Part shown: piece after piece, positions 1 through 9,011 of the stretch
Numbering within the stretch: position 1 is the stretch's first letter
Layout of the letters: each line of letters opens with the position of its first letter
IMG/VR virus record: IMGVR_UViG_3300028840_002190
Length of the DNA: 64,000 nt
Source: a virus
Direction: 5' to 3' (one strand)
The notes under the pieces: generated by a model
The model's input: the letters and a program-made list of their open reading frames with translations, nothing else
Databases searched by the model: none
Told to the model about the DNA's origin: nothing
Made by a program: the position numbers and the translations under genes

Positions 1-1
1 T

Positions 2-442
2 ACCAAGTTCTTCGCCTCAGACGTCTTCTTCCGAGGAGTTGTGGACTTGGCACTTTTCCCCAAAGATAAAGGACACGTAATCGTCCTCGATCACAAAACG
101 GGGAAACGGCGGAATCTGAAGTACTACGAGCGACAGTTCGATTGTTACCTCTTACTCGTGAAGGCTACCCTGGGACGCATCAACCAAGGACGCGTCGGAA
201 TCCATTGGGCGAAGGAAGACCTGATCGAGCTTTCGAAGCAACCCAGAAACCTGACGGAGATTCAGCCATATCAGGAGCAACTGATTGAGTGGTTGAACGC
301 TTCCGTACAGGCCGCATCCGAAAACCTCGAAACTGCCAAACCAGGACCCCTGTGCCCGTGGTGTGAGCACCAGTCCACATGTCCTGAGTTCGGCCAAGGG
401 AGCGACGCCGACAATGCCTGCGGAAAGGAAAGCGAAGGGTAA
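2..442 (+). CDS. PD-(D/E)xK (Cas4/RecB-like) nuclease, 5'-truncated by window edge
   Basis: Frame is open from base 2. Motifs RGVVDL...DHKTG and Y..Q...Y, plus C-terminal CPWCEHQSTC (Fe-S/Zn cysteines). Confidence 0.8.
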   Translation, partial: TKFFASDVFFRGVVDLALFPKDKGHVIVLDHKTGKRRNLKYYERQFDCYLLLVKATLGRINQGRVGIHWAKEDLIELSKQPRNLTEIQPYQEQLIEWLNASVQAASENLETAKPGPLCPWCEHQSTCPEFGQGSDADNACGKESEG

Positions 443-3400
443 GAAACGGGGCATTACCCGCAAACAGATCTGGAAGATCTGGGAAACGGTGTCGCCTCGG
501 GACTGGTACGAGTTCTTTAACCACTTCAAGCGCGGGTCCAACGTAGAGTTTGCGGGGGACACGACGCTGAAGGCCCTGTGCCCCCACCCTAAGCATCCGG
601 ACACTTCGCCGTCGTTCTTCGTCTTCACGGCCAAGGGCTACGCTAAGTGTTTTGGTTGCGACTTCTACACCTCCAACCCGATAGAGCTCATCGCGATGTT
701 GATGGGCGGCACAGATGCCGACGCCGTCCAGTTCTTGAATGAGCGCTTCAACCTGAACTTTTTACCTCGTAAAGCCATTGAAGAGCTGCGAGCACAAAAG
801 ACCAACCAGAACACCAAGCAAGCGATCATGCACGTATGTAATCAAGTGCTGATTGACGCGCTAGCTGACACCTCTGGAAAAACGCACAAGTTCGCACAAC
901 CGGCTCTCGACTGGCTCATCAACACTAGAAAAGTTCCTGCGGATATGCTGCATGCTCTTCCAGTGGGGATCATGCCACCCTTGATAGAGCTCGGTAATTT
1001 GGTGGAGGACTACTGCAAGAAACTCAAAACCGCGTGGGACAACGATCCTAAGAGGGGACCTACGCCTCCTGAAGATGTCACTGACAACTCCATCAATTAC
1101 ATGTCCGAATCCTTCAGCGTTCCTTTTACCGTAGGCGGGGTCGTGTGGCCCCTCCACGCAACCCCTACGGAAATTGCACGCCTCAAGATACGCGGACCAA
1201 ACAACAACACTCCTAAAGACATCACGATGCCGATGGATGAGTACGAAGATCTCCTCGGCATGTTCGGACTTGGGTGGGGGCCTTACCAGGCACTCCTTGA
1301 CCCCAAGACGATGAGTGACTGGGCGTATCTCACAGAAGGTGAGATGGACGTCATGTCGTACATGGCCCAAGCTTTGAAGACCGGAAACATCAACTTTCCG
1401 CTCTTCTCGATTGGCGGGAAGGGCGGGTCCGCTCACATCGAACCCATCTTCAAAGCAGCGGGATTCTCCGGCGCTTACATGATCGGAGACTCGCCGAACA
1501 AAGGTTCGTCGGGGGGTGATGTCGTTGTCTACCACTGGATGTCCCACATCAGGGATACACGTGTCAAAGTCTTCACCGGTTGGGACGAACTCATTCCCTG
1601 TGGGGACCTCGACGAAGCTGTACTGACGCATGGCCTCAAGAAAGTTGAGGACACGCTTTGGAAAGACCCGAGCAAATTCTTTGTTCCTGCGTGGCAATGG
1701 TGCGCAGAGAGCGCTATGAGCGCCATCGACAACTTGAGCGATAAAGACTACCGCGTGATGGTGGAAATTGCTTCCCAGATTGGGAGCTGTCTTCGAAACC
1801 GTCACGACATTGAGCAGTACGCTAACGAGATCTCTTCCGCGTATGACGAGATCACGGTTCCCATCCTGAAACGTGAAATAGCCTCCAGCGAGGACACAGA
1901 AACGGGGTTCATCCTACGGTGCACTGACGCTTTGAAAGACCACTTCGCCACCCTCGCCACCAAGTTGGAGAGCGGTAATCGGTGGTTGTTACTCTACGCT
2001 AAACGAGCACGTGAATACCGAAAAATCAAACTGGACAGTGAACAGTCTATCGCTCAGGAACTCGCACCGACAACGGGTAATCTCCTCCAGTTTATACGCA
2101 ACGAAGTAGGCTTTCCGGCTTTCATGGACGACCCCGAAGAGCTTGACGGTCAAGGACGTAAACGAGCTGATCAGAATGTCCGCTACTACCTGAAAGAAGC
2201 GTGTTTGGACATGGCACAAGGCGTACCCGATCTCACCGCGACGAAAACATTGCGTCAAGGATACCACACTGTCAAGGGCTCCGACGGTACGCGTGAGTTC
2301 ATTGTCTGCGGCAAAGACGTTCTACATATCGAGAGATCCTCCAACGGAGCACCTATCTACAAGCATCTCGACGGACCAGCACACGAGGGTATCCTATTCG
2401 ACCTGGGCCTCATCAACCCTCAAGAGGACACGGAACCCTGGTACCCCGGAGGGCTTACTACAAAGGTCCTCGAGGATGCCCAGAACATCAACGTAGATGC
2501 CCTATTCAAGGAGCTACAACACTTCTTCGATATCGGATTCCAGTTCGCAACTCACGACATCATGAAAACACTCTTGGCAGCGCAGACACTGATCTTCCCT
2601 GTCATGAACGCTTTCGACCGCCAGATGCTCATGTTCATCACTGGGGAGACGCACTCCGGTAAGTCTACACTCCTCTCAACCTTCGGGGGACCTTTCGTAC
2701 CCAACTTGAAGCTCGTGCTGTGCTCTCAAGGCATGGACAACTATACTGCCGCAGGCGTCATGGCAGCCACCAACTGCGACTCCCGGCTCATGTGTCTCGA
2801 CGAGTTCGAGTTCGAAGGTGCAAAGGCAGAAGCGTCCCGGGTTATCATGGAAATGCTCCGCGGTCTGGTAACTGACCAAGCCAAACGCGTCACCGGCGTA
2901 AAAGACGGAAAGGGTTACAAGGTTACGTATCACCGTCTGCCAATGATCTTGAGCGGCATTACTGGCGCTGAACTGCCCCAGGACCTGAACCGCCTTCTGA
3001 TCGTTGAAATGAAGAAGATTCGTTCTCGCAACAGTCCAGAAAATATCCTCCTTAAAGAATTCGGACAGGAACGGATCCACGAGATGGCTCGCCAAATTGC
3101 TGTAGCGCTCTACCCGCGCGTTCCTGAAATCCTGACACACTACCAGGAAATCAAGTCCCAGTTTGTTGAGCTCAACGCCCTGCTTCCTTTCCCTGTAGAG
3201 TGGCGTTACGCGTCCGCGCTCTTCGGAACGCTGTCTCTTTTGAAATACTTGGGGCACGACTGGCAGTCGTTCTTTCGTGAGTTCGTCTCTCAGAATGCTA
3301 CTACGATTCAGCGTGCGTCAACCATCAACGAGTCTACCAACCTCCTTAACACCATGTTTCGCTATGGTGCGCTTTACAACTACGAGACGAAGCGCAACAC

Positions 3401-3815
3401 TTCCGTCAATACACTTTTGGGGCAGAGCATTACACGTAACGAGATCAACTCTTACGCCTGTGGCGTTTACTACGACGAAGCCACTAAGAACATCATGCTC
3501 CTCCTCAGCCAAGCGATGCCTGTTCTCATCCCTCCACAGAATCCCATGCGAAACGCTAGCGAAGTTCGAATTCGAGACACTCTCGAACGTCATCCGCTGG
3601 CCCTCTCACCTGCAGAGATAAAGAAATCAGGCATGATCCAACGTTCCGCCCCCTTCTTGGGTGTCAATATCGCAGTGGAAGACGTCGTCGCCTTCCGCGC
3701 ACAACCCTGGTTGAACGAGCCCGGTATAGCGGACGATTCAGCACCGAAACCACCGAAGAAAGACGACGATACGCTAGAAAATCCGCAACTGGAAGAGTAT
3801 GACGACTGGGGGTAA
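414..3815 (+). CDS. DNA primase-helicase fusion (Zn finger + TOPRIM + P-loop NTPase)
   Basis: LCPHPKHPDTSPSF...KCFGC Zn-binding domain; TOPRIM LTEGEMDV and GDLDE; Walker A GETHSGKST, Walker B LMCLDEFE. ATG at 414 is preferred over the track start at 363. Confidence 0.85.
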   Translation: MPAERKAKGKKRGITRKQIWKIWETVSPRDWYEFFNHFKRGSNVEFAGDTTLKALCPHPKHPDTSPSFFVFTAKGYAKCFGCDFYTSNPIELIAMLMGGTDADAVQFLNERFNLNFLPRKAIEELRAQKTNQNTKQAIMHVCNQVLIDALADTSGKTHKFAQPALDWLINTRKVPADMLHALPVGIMPPLIELGNLVEDYCKKLKTAWDNDPKRGPTPPEDVTDNSINYMSESFSVPFTVGGVVWPLHATPTEIARLKIRGPNNNTPKDITMPMDEYEDLLGMFGLGWGPYQALLDPKTMSDWAYLTEGEMDVMSYMAQALKTGNINFPLFSIGGKGGSAHIEPIFKAAGFSGAYMIGDSPNKGSSGGDVVVYHWMSHIRDTRVKVFTGWDELIPCGDLDEAVLTHGLKKVEDTLWKDPSKFFVPAWQWCAESAMSAIDNLSDKDYRVMVEIASQIGSCLRNRHDIEQYANEISSAYDEITVPILKREIASSEDTETGFILRCTDALKDHFATLATKLESGNRWLLLYAKRAREYRKIKLDSEQSIAQELAPTTGNLLQFIRNEVGFPAFMDDPEELDGQGRKRADQNVRYYLKEACLDMAQGVPDLTATKTLRQGYHTVKGSDGTREFIVCGKDVLHIERSSNGAPIYKHLDGPAHEGILFDLGLINPQEDTEPWYPGGLTTKVLEDAQNINVDALFKELQHFFDIGFQFATHDIMKTLLAAQTLIFPVMNAFDRQMLMFITGETHSGKSTLLSTFGGPFVPNLKLVLCSQGMDNYTAAGVMAATNCDSRLMCLDEFEFEGAKAEASRVIMEMLRGLVTDQAKRVTGVKDGKGYKVTYHRLPMILSGITGAELPQDLNRLLIVEMKKIRSRNSPENILLKEFGQERIHEMARQIAVALYPRVPEILTHYQEIKSQFVELNALLPFPVEWRYASALFGTLSLLKYLGHDWQSFFREFVSQNATTIQRASTINESTNLLNTMFRYGALYNYETKRNTSVNTLLGQSITRNEINSYACGVYYDEATKNIMLLLSQAMPVLIPPQNPMRNASEVRIRDTLERHPLALSPAEIKKSGMIQRSAPFLGVNIAVEDVVAFRAQPWLNEPGIADDSAPKPPKKDDDTLENPQLEEYDDWG

Positions 3816-3818
3816 CCC

Positions 3819-6785
3819 ATGCTCGATTGTAATCTCTGCGGACAGACCGCTTGGAAAGGCGAATCCTGTCCCGACTGTCCGATTTACCAACAAGAACACT
3901 ACATGGAAGGAGTCGGCACACAACAAAATGTCGACTTCTTCTGTGTAGCCGAGTCTCCTCACGTACCCGGCGTATCGAGTTCCCTCACAAAACACACTCC
4001 TTGGGGATTCGACGTAGAAGCTATCGTGAAACGGTCTGTTACAGACACGGTAGCCACTAAGAATCGTTACCGGCAATTGCGAGGACGCTTTTCGTACGCT
4101 GTCCGCTGCGCTGTCGACAAGCCTAACAAGAAGATACGAGAAGCCTGCTCGAAACTTTTCAAACCTGAGTTGTTAAAAGCTGCGAATCCTAAACGCCCCA
4201 TCATGATCTTTGCGCTAGGACCCGCGGTCCTCCAGTCCCTAGGGATTAAGGTCTCGGGGTACAAAAAACTCCAGGGCAGGCTCGTCGAAGCGACGCTCAG
4301 TGGACGCCGTGTCATCATCATGCCGTCATTATCTAAGCGACAACTTGCGGCAAATCCGGAGCACCACGAAATCCTGATGCGCCAACTGTACCAGTTCTTG
4401 GATGCAGTACTGGAAGTACGCGCGGGAAGATCCGTACAGATCATCACCCCTACGGACATGCTCATCCAAGACTACCGCTTCCCCAAATCCGTTCGTGCGG
4501 TCCAGAAACTCGTCGAAGAAGTAGTCGCCTACGCTCCTGAGGGGAGAAACCCCGATACGCACGTCATCTCAGTAGACACAGAAACTAACACCCTGTTTCC
4601 GCACCGCGAAAAGCTCAAGATTCTAACCTTCGTGTTCTCTTGGGGCCCTGGCTTAGCCGCTTCAATCCCTATCGAACACGACGAGAGTCCTCTGACATTG
4701 GCGGAAGTGGCCCCATATATCCAGCAGCTTCTCACGTGCCCTAAGCCTAAAGTTTTTCACAACGCCAAGTTCGACCTCAAAGTTTTACGACGTAAAGGGT
4801 GGGACGTAGAGAAGCTGGCTTGGGACACAATGCTAGCAGAACACCTTCTTGCTGAGGCCAAAAAGGGGTACTACGACCTGAAGTCCTTGACGCAGAGCTT
4901 CCTCCCTAAATACGGCGGATACGAAGACGAGATGCAAGCAGTTTACCGGAAGAGAGTCCTCGAGTACAAAGCGTCACTCGAACGAGACCCTAACGCCCCA
5001 AAATTGAAGGGTGCTGCTAAGAAGCTCGATGAAGACTACGGGTACGCCTTCGTCCCTCTTAAGAAGTTGAGCGTGTACGGGGCGATTGACGCTGACGTTA
5101 CTCGGCAACTTGCTCTCGTCCAGCGTAAGAGGATGCTCGCTGAACAGAAAGACCTGAACGCGCGTCGTCGAAAAATCAGTACGAACACGTACTTTGCAGC
5201 GCTAGCAGCTCCTGGCACGCCGGAGAAAGAGCCTCTCAAAGCGCTCATGTTTCAGCAACTCATCCCTGTCACGCGTACGTTAGCTCGGATGGAAGAGGTC
5301 GGGATGCGTGTCGACCGCCCATACGTCCTGGACCTCGACGAGAAGATGCGTAGGTCGGCACGTAACCTCTACGCAGAGTTGAAACTCATGCTCCCTAACG
5401 GAGTAGTCAACGAAGACTTCAACCCTAAAAGCGTGGCACAGTTACGACGGATCCTCTTCACAGCGGGTTACCTACACCCCAAAACAGGGCGGATGGTATG
5501 TCATACCGGAGAAATCCCTGATGAAGATATCCCGCGTACAGGCACGGGATTAATCTCTACGAACGCCAAGTTCTTGCGCGTGCTCAAAAACCAGTATGAC
5601 TGTCAGTTCTCAGACACCCTCTTGAAGTACCGCGCGATCACCAAAGCCCGAGACACTTTCGTACGTAACATCCTCGTACTGAGTGAAGAAGACGGGAGGA
5701 TGCACACCACCTTTAACATCCACGGAACAGCTACCGGAAGGCTAAGTTCCGTGGATGAGAACATGCAAAACATCCCCAAGAAGATCGGGGACCACAACCT
5801 CAAACAGTCGTTCATTCCAACTGACCCGGATACGCAAGTCATGATGAACGCTGATGCCAAGGCCGCAGAGGTGCGCCTCTACGCCGCATATAGTCGAGAT
5901 GAAAACCTGATTAGCGCTCTCAACGAAGGTCTGGACCCTCACAGCTTCTTCTCCTCTAGAGTCCTCAACCCCGCTACGATCCTGGAAGGTGTTCGGGCTT
6001 CCGAGAAATCTTCGGTCTTGGCGCTAGTCGGGATCGACGACGTACACGACTGGAGCTACGAAGATTTCCAAAAGCGTGGATACTATACGGGGACTGAGGA
6101 GGACCCAGGCCCTGACGTCGCTTACGGTCAACAGCTCGGTAAACTCCGGGGAAACATCAAACGGGTGGTCTTCGGCATCCTCTACGGAGCCGCACCTAAA
6201 AAGATCGCCAGTATTGTAGGGATCCCAGAAGCTCAAGCTGCTGCCATCATCGAATCCTTGTTCCGAATGTTCCCTACTATTCCAGAGTACATCTCGAAGA
6301 CTAAAGAGAAGATCCAGTACCTCGGGTGCGTAGAGACCTTCTTTGGAAGACGGCGCCGTTTCAACCTGCGCGGTATGACCTTCAAAATGCGCAACAAGGC
6401 TGAGCGGCAGGCTGTTAACATGCTGATCCAGAGTACGAGCTCAGAGATCATCATGAGGGTAATCACCGCGGTTGACGAACCCATACGTCACGACTTCGGA
6501 GGCAACTTGCTCATCACAGTTCACGACTCTCTTGTTGCGGAGATTCCCAAAAAGTACGTCCCTCAAATGAAAGACTTCATCACCGAATACGGAGTCAAGC
6601 GCGTCCGAGAGCTCTATCCGTGGCTGCCTGTCCCTTTCCTATGGGACGTGGAAGTAGGTCCCTCTTACGGACAACTTACTGACATAGATAAGTACCTGAA
6701 AGGGAACGTCCTCCCTGCTGACATTAGTGGCGACGATTACCTCGACCACGAAATCAAAAGCGACTTCGAAAACCTCGACTCCTAG
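3819..6785 (+). CDS. polA: Family A DNA polymerase with 3'-5' exonuclease and N-terminal uracil-DNA-glycosylase-like domain
   Basis: Exo I/II/III VISVDTET, FHNAKFDL, YGAIDADV; TATGRLSS; motif A NADAKAAEVRL, motif B KRVVFGILYG, motif C TVHDSLV. The N-terminal ~200 aa are Cys-rich and UDG family 4-like. Confidence 0.93.
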   Translation: MLDCNLCGQTAWKGESCPDCPIYQQEHYMEGVGTQQNVDFFCVAESPHVPGVSSSLTKHTPWGFDVEAIVKRSVTDTVATKNRYRQLRGRFSYAVRCAVDKPNKKIREACSKLFKPELLKAANPKRPIMIFALGPAVLQSLGIKVSGYKKLQGRLVEATLSGRRVIIMPSLSKRQLAANPEHHEILMRQLYQFLDAVLEVRAGRSVQIITPTDMLIQDYRFPKSVRAVQKLVEEVVAYAPEGRNPDTHVISVDTETNTLFPHREKLKILTFVFSWGPGLAASIPIEHDESPLTLAEVAPYIQQLLTCPKPKVFHNAKFDLKVLRRKGWDVEKLAWDTMLAEHLLAEAKKGYYDLKSLTQSFLPKYGGYEDEMQAVYRKRVLEYKASLERDPNAPKLKGAAKKLDEDYGYAFVPLKKLSVYGAIDADVTRQLALVQRKRMLAEQKDLNARRRKISTNTYFAALAAPGTPEKEPLKALMFQQLIPVTRTLARMEEVGMRVDRPYVLDLDEKMRRSARNLYAELKLMLPNGVVNEDFNPKSVAQLRRILFTAGYLHPKTGRMVCHTGEIPDEDIPRTGTGLISTNAKFLRVLKNQYDCQFSDTLLKYRAITKARDTFVRNILVLSEEDGRMHTTFNIHGTATGRLSSVDENMQNIPKKIGDHNLKQSFIPTDPDTQVMMNADAKAAEVRLYAAYSRDENLISALNEGLDPHSFFSSRVLNPATILEGVRASEKSSVLALVGIDDVHDWSYEDFQKRGYYTGTEEDPGPDVAYGQQLGKLRGNIKRVVFGILYGAAPKKIASIVGIPEAQAAAIIESLFRMFPTIPEYISKTKEKIQYLGCVETFFGRRRRFNLRGMTFKMRNKAERQAVNMLIQSTSSEIIMRVITAVDEPIRHDFGGNLLITVHDSLVAEIPKKYVPQMKDFITEYGVKRVRELYPWLPVPFLWDVEVGPSYGQLTDIDKYLKGNVLPADISGDDYLDHEIKSDFENLDS

Positions 6786-6799
6786 AGGTAAAAGAGTTT

Positions 6800-7395
6800 G
6801 GTACTGGCGTTTTTCCATACGCAGAAAAACAGAGGGAGTTACTCCCTCGCACGCTGCACGAGCTCGCGGTACGACCAGGGGTGTCACCGCCACAGCCCGA
6901 GCCGACCCACTGTGTGACCTGCGATCACACACGTGGCTCAAGCCGGGCTACGACGTGACTCCCACCTGACAGCAGTACCCCACGTTCGAGTGTCAGATGC
7001 CGCGCCAAGATTTCGGGACCGACTGGACGAACGACGAAATCTTAGCTGCCCATCTGACACTTTTCTCACTAGGAGGAAAGCAGTACCCCCTGTGAGTTCT
7101 TCGGAGATCCGAGGCCCTCTCCGCGGGAGATCTACGCGATGATCGGACGCTGCGTAGTCTCACCTCTGCGAGGGCCCGGATCTCCGATGAACATCCTAGC
7201 AGTACCTGTGTACCTGAGTTGGCCTCCTCATCCCGCTATCCGCTAAGATGAGGACCCCAACTCAAAGCCTAGCAGTACCATTTTTAGTGCCGGAAAACCG
7301 GGTATACCCCAGCCGGTGAGCTACACGCCGGACGCCTTCGTGTGTGGAACTGAGTGCTCTCGGTTCTGAGCAAGAACGACAGCATAGCGGCACTA
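6800..7395 (+). ncRNA. Candidate retron-like ncRNA, locus 1: msr-like head plus array of long hairpins separated by AGCAGTACC repeats
   Basis: 600-nt gap without a credible ORF. GGTACTG (6800-6806) is complementary to CAGTACC in each repeat. Stem-loops at 6809-6830 and 6832-6848; long hairpins at 6883-6959, 6989-7061, 7097-7190 and 7215-7264, and a weaker one at 7285-7395. Confidence 0.65.
6971..7279 (+). repeat. Four exact direct repeats AGCAGTACC (6971, 7079, 7198, 7271) plus a degenerate copy CGCGGTACG at 6865
   Basis: Read directly from the sequence. Spacings are 108, 119 and 73 nt (106 from the degenerate copy). Each copy is followed by an 8-9 nt (5 nt for the last) unpaired segment and then a hairpin. 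Confidence 0.9.
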
Positions 7396-8991
7396 CTCCT
7401 GCCAGAATTTGAAATCCTTGTTGATGACCTTCCACGCTAGCCACGCAAAGAGGCCAGCGTGGAGGCAGTCATCAGGCTTCTGGGGAGAATGGCGCCAAAC
7501 CTTCCGGTCATTCTGCGTGATGTCTTCGTACTCGTTCAAGATGTCGTTAATCGCGACCCGCATCTCCACCAACGGAGCCCACTCTACTTTCTTTTGCTTC
7601 AAGAGCATGAAGTAGTTGTCGATGAGAGTTGTGCGGTCACCCATGTAGCGGTCAATCTGGTTGAACTTCAAGGCTTTGGCCTGCATACCATACTGTACCT
7701 GGATCACTTTGTGGTGTCCGAGGTGTGTGCGCATGAGGTCATTAGCTAATGCCCCTTCACCTGCATCACCGCAGAACATAGAGACGTGGTACTGCTTGCA
7801 AGTGTATGCGATCTCTTCTACGGCGCTTACAGGGTTAGTTCCCGGGTATACCTTATAAAACAAGCACACGAGCTTCTGATCTCTAGGTCGCCAACCCCAG
7901 ATCCAAAGAACAGTCCTGGATACCCCAGAAGTCCCTCCCCCCGACCAATCAGCGCCCGCAACGATTTGTGTGATGTCCTTTAAGTGGTCTCGCGGGGGAT
8001 ACTGCTCCAGCTTTCTACCTGTGCACAACGCCTCAAGCTCTTCTTGAGAAAGTAAGCGGCTACCAATCTCGTCCGAAACACCCAAGACCTCATTCCGAAA
8101 AGTCGAAAGAGGGGCTTCTTCGTATTTCTGTAAGATTCGCGACCAGCGCTGCTCCGCAACTTGAATTTCGGATGTGGAACGTCCCGCCATTCTCATTGCA
8201 TGTGGGTTGTTACGCGGCATCATCGGCTGACTAATATGAAAACCCTGGAGTGTTTTACTCGGAGCCATATCCACCCATTGGCCATTGAAGGGGTTAAGCA
8301 ATTTTTTACATTTAGGACAGCCGGGGCCCTCTTTTTGGAGTATCTTCTCACTGTCAATGTACACGTAGTTATTACAGCCCTCGCACTTCATCACCCACTC
8401 AGTCTGGGTGCTGAGCTCCCAGAGGTACTGAATGGTATTCTCCATCGTCTTCGGAGTCCCGGCATACGTCTCATACGCGTAGTCAGACTCCGCCATCGTC
8501 TCGTTACCGACAGTGATGACAGGGTCATACAGAATATCCTGGACCTCGTCATACATGTTCCGGTCAGTGGAAGGCCCACGAAGACGTTCAGCATCATCAC
8601 ATCCGTAGGTGAAGAGCATCTCGCTGCCATTCGTGAACTGTTTGTGGAAGACGCGGTCTGCCAAGTCCGTTCGCAGAAACTTATCGTTGATAATTGGGGA
8701 ATAGCGCATCGTTTTACCGATACGCGTATTGGAAAACCGCGTCGTTTGCTCCTTGGAGGGGCTCACGAACATGGTAGAGAAGTGTGGTATAAGACTGCAC
8801 TCGATGATGGAGAAATTCGCTAGCGTAGTAGACTTCGCAACCTGGCGACTAGTCTTAAACAACGTACGCCGATAGCGCCCGTCATAGAACGCACGGTGCA
8901 TCGGCCAATCCGTCAAACGAAAAGGTTTCCCGTCGAGCATAATCCATGCTTCGGCGGTAACGGACAGTAGGGCTGAGCGGGAGTTGCTCAT
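7393..8991 (-). CDS. terL: Terminase large subunit
   Basis: Walker A TSRQVAKSTT, Walker B MYDEVQD, coupling motif YAGTPKT, Zn motif CEGC...CPKC, nuclease GADWSGG and PDDCLHA. Confidence 0.9.
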   Translation of the reverse strand: MSNSRSALLSVTAEAWIMLDGKPFRLTDWPMHRAFYDGRYRRTLFKTSRQVAKSTTLANFSIIECSLIPHFSTMFVSPSKEQTTRFSNTRIGKTMRYSPIINDKFLRTDLADRVFHKQFTNGSEMLFTYGCDDAERLRGPSTDRNMYDEVQDILYDPVITVGNETMAESDYAYETYAGTPKTMENTIQYLWELSTQTEWVMKCEGCNNYVYIDSEKILQKEGPGCPKCKKLLNPFNGQWVDMAPSKTLQGFHISQPMMPRNNPHAMRMAGRSTSEIQVAEQRWSRILQKYEEAPLSTFRNEVLGVSDEIGSRLLSQEELEALCTGRKLEQYPPRDHLKDITQIVAGADWSGGGTSGVSRTVLWIWGWRPRDQKLVCLFYKVYPGTNPVSAVEEIAYTCKQYHVSMFCGDAGEGALANDLMRTHLGHHKVIQVQYGMQAKALKFNQIDRYMGDRTTLIDNYFMLLKQKKVEWAPLVEMRVAINDILNEYEDITQNDRKVWRHSPQKPDDCLHAGLFAWLAWKVINKDFKFWQE

Positions 8992-9011
8992 AACAAAGAG
9001 AGGTTAACAGC

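Noticed and set aside
6980-7008. tRNA-like GTTCGAG...GCGCCA
   Set aside because: The flanks do not form a T-stem or cloverleaf, and the bases belong to a long hairpin.
6865-7279. CRISPR or TIGR array
   Set aside because: Repeat is only 9 nt, spacers are 64-110 nt self-complementary hairpins, and there are no cas1/2 or effector genes. No box C/D pattern or Nop-domain gene was seen. The Cas4-like nuclease is a common phage replication gene.
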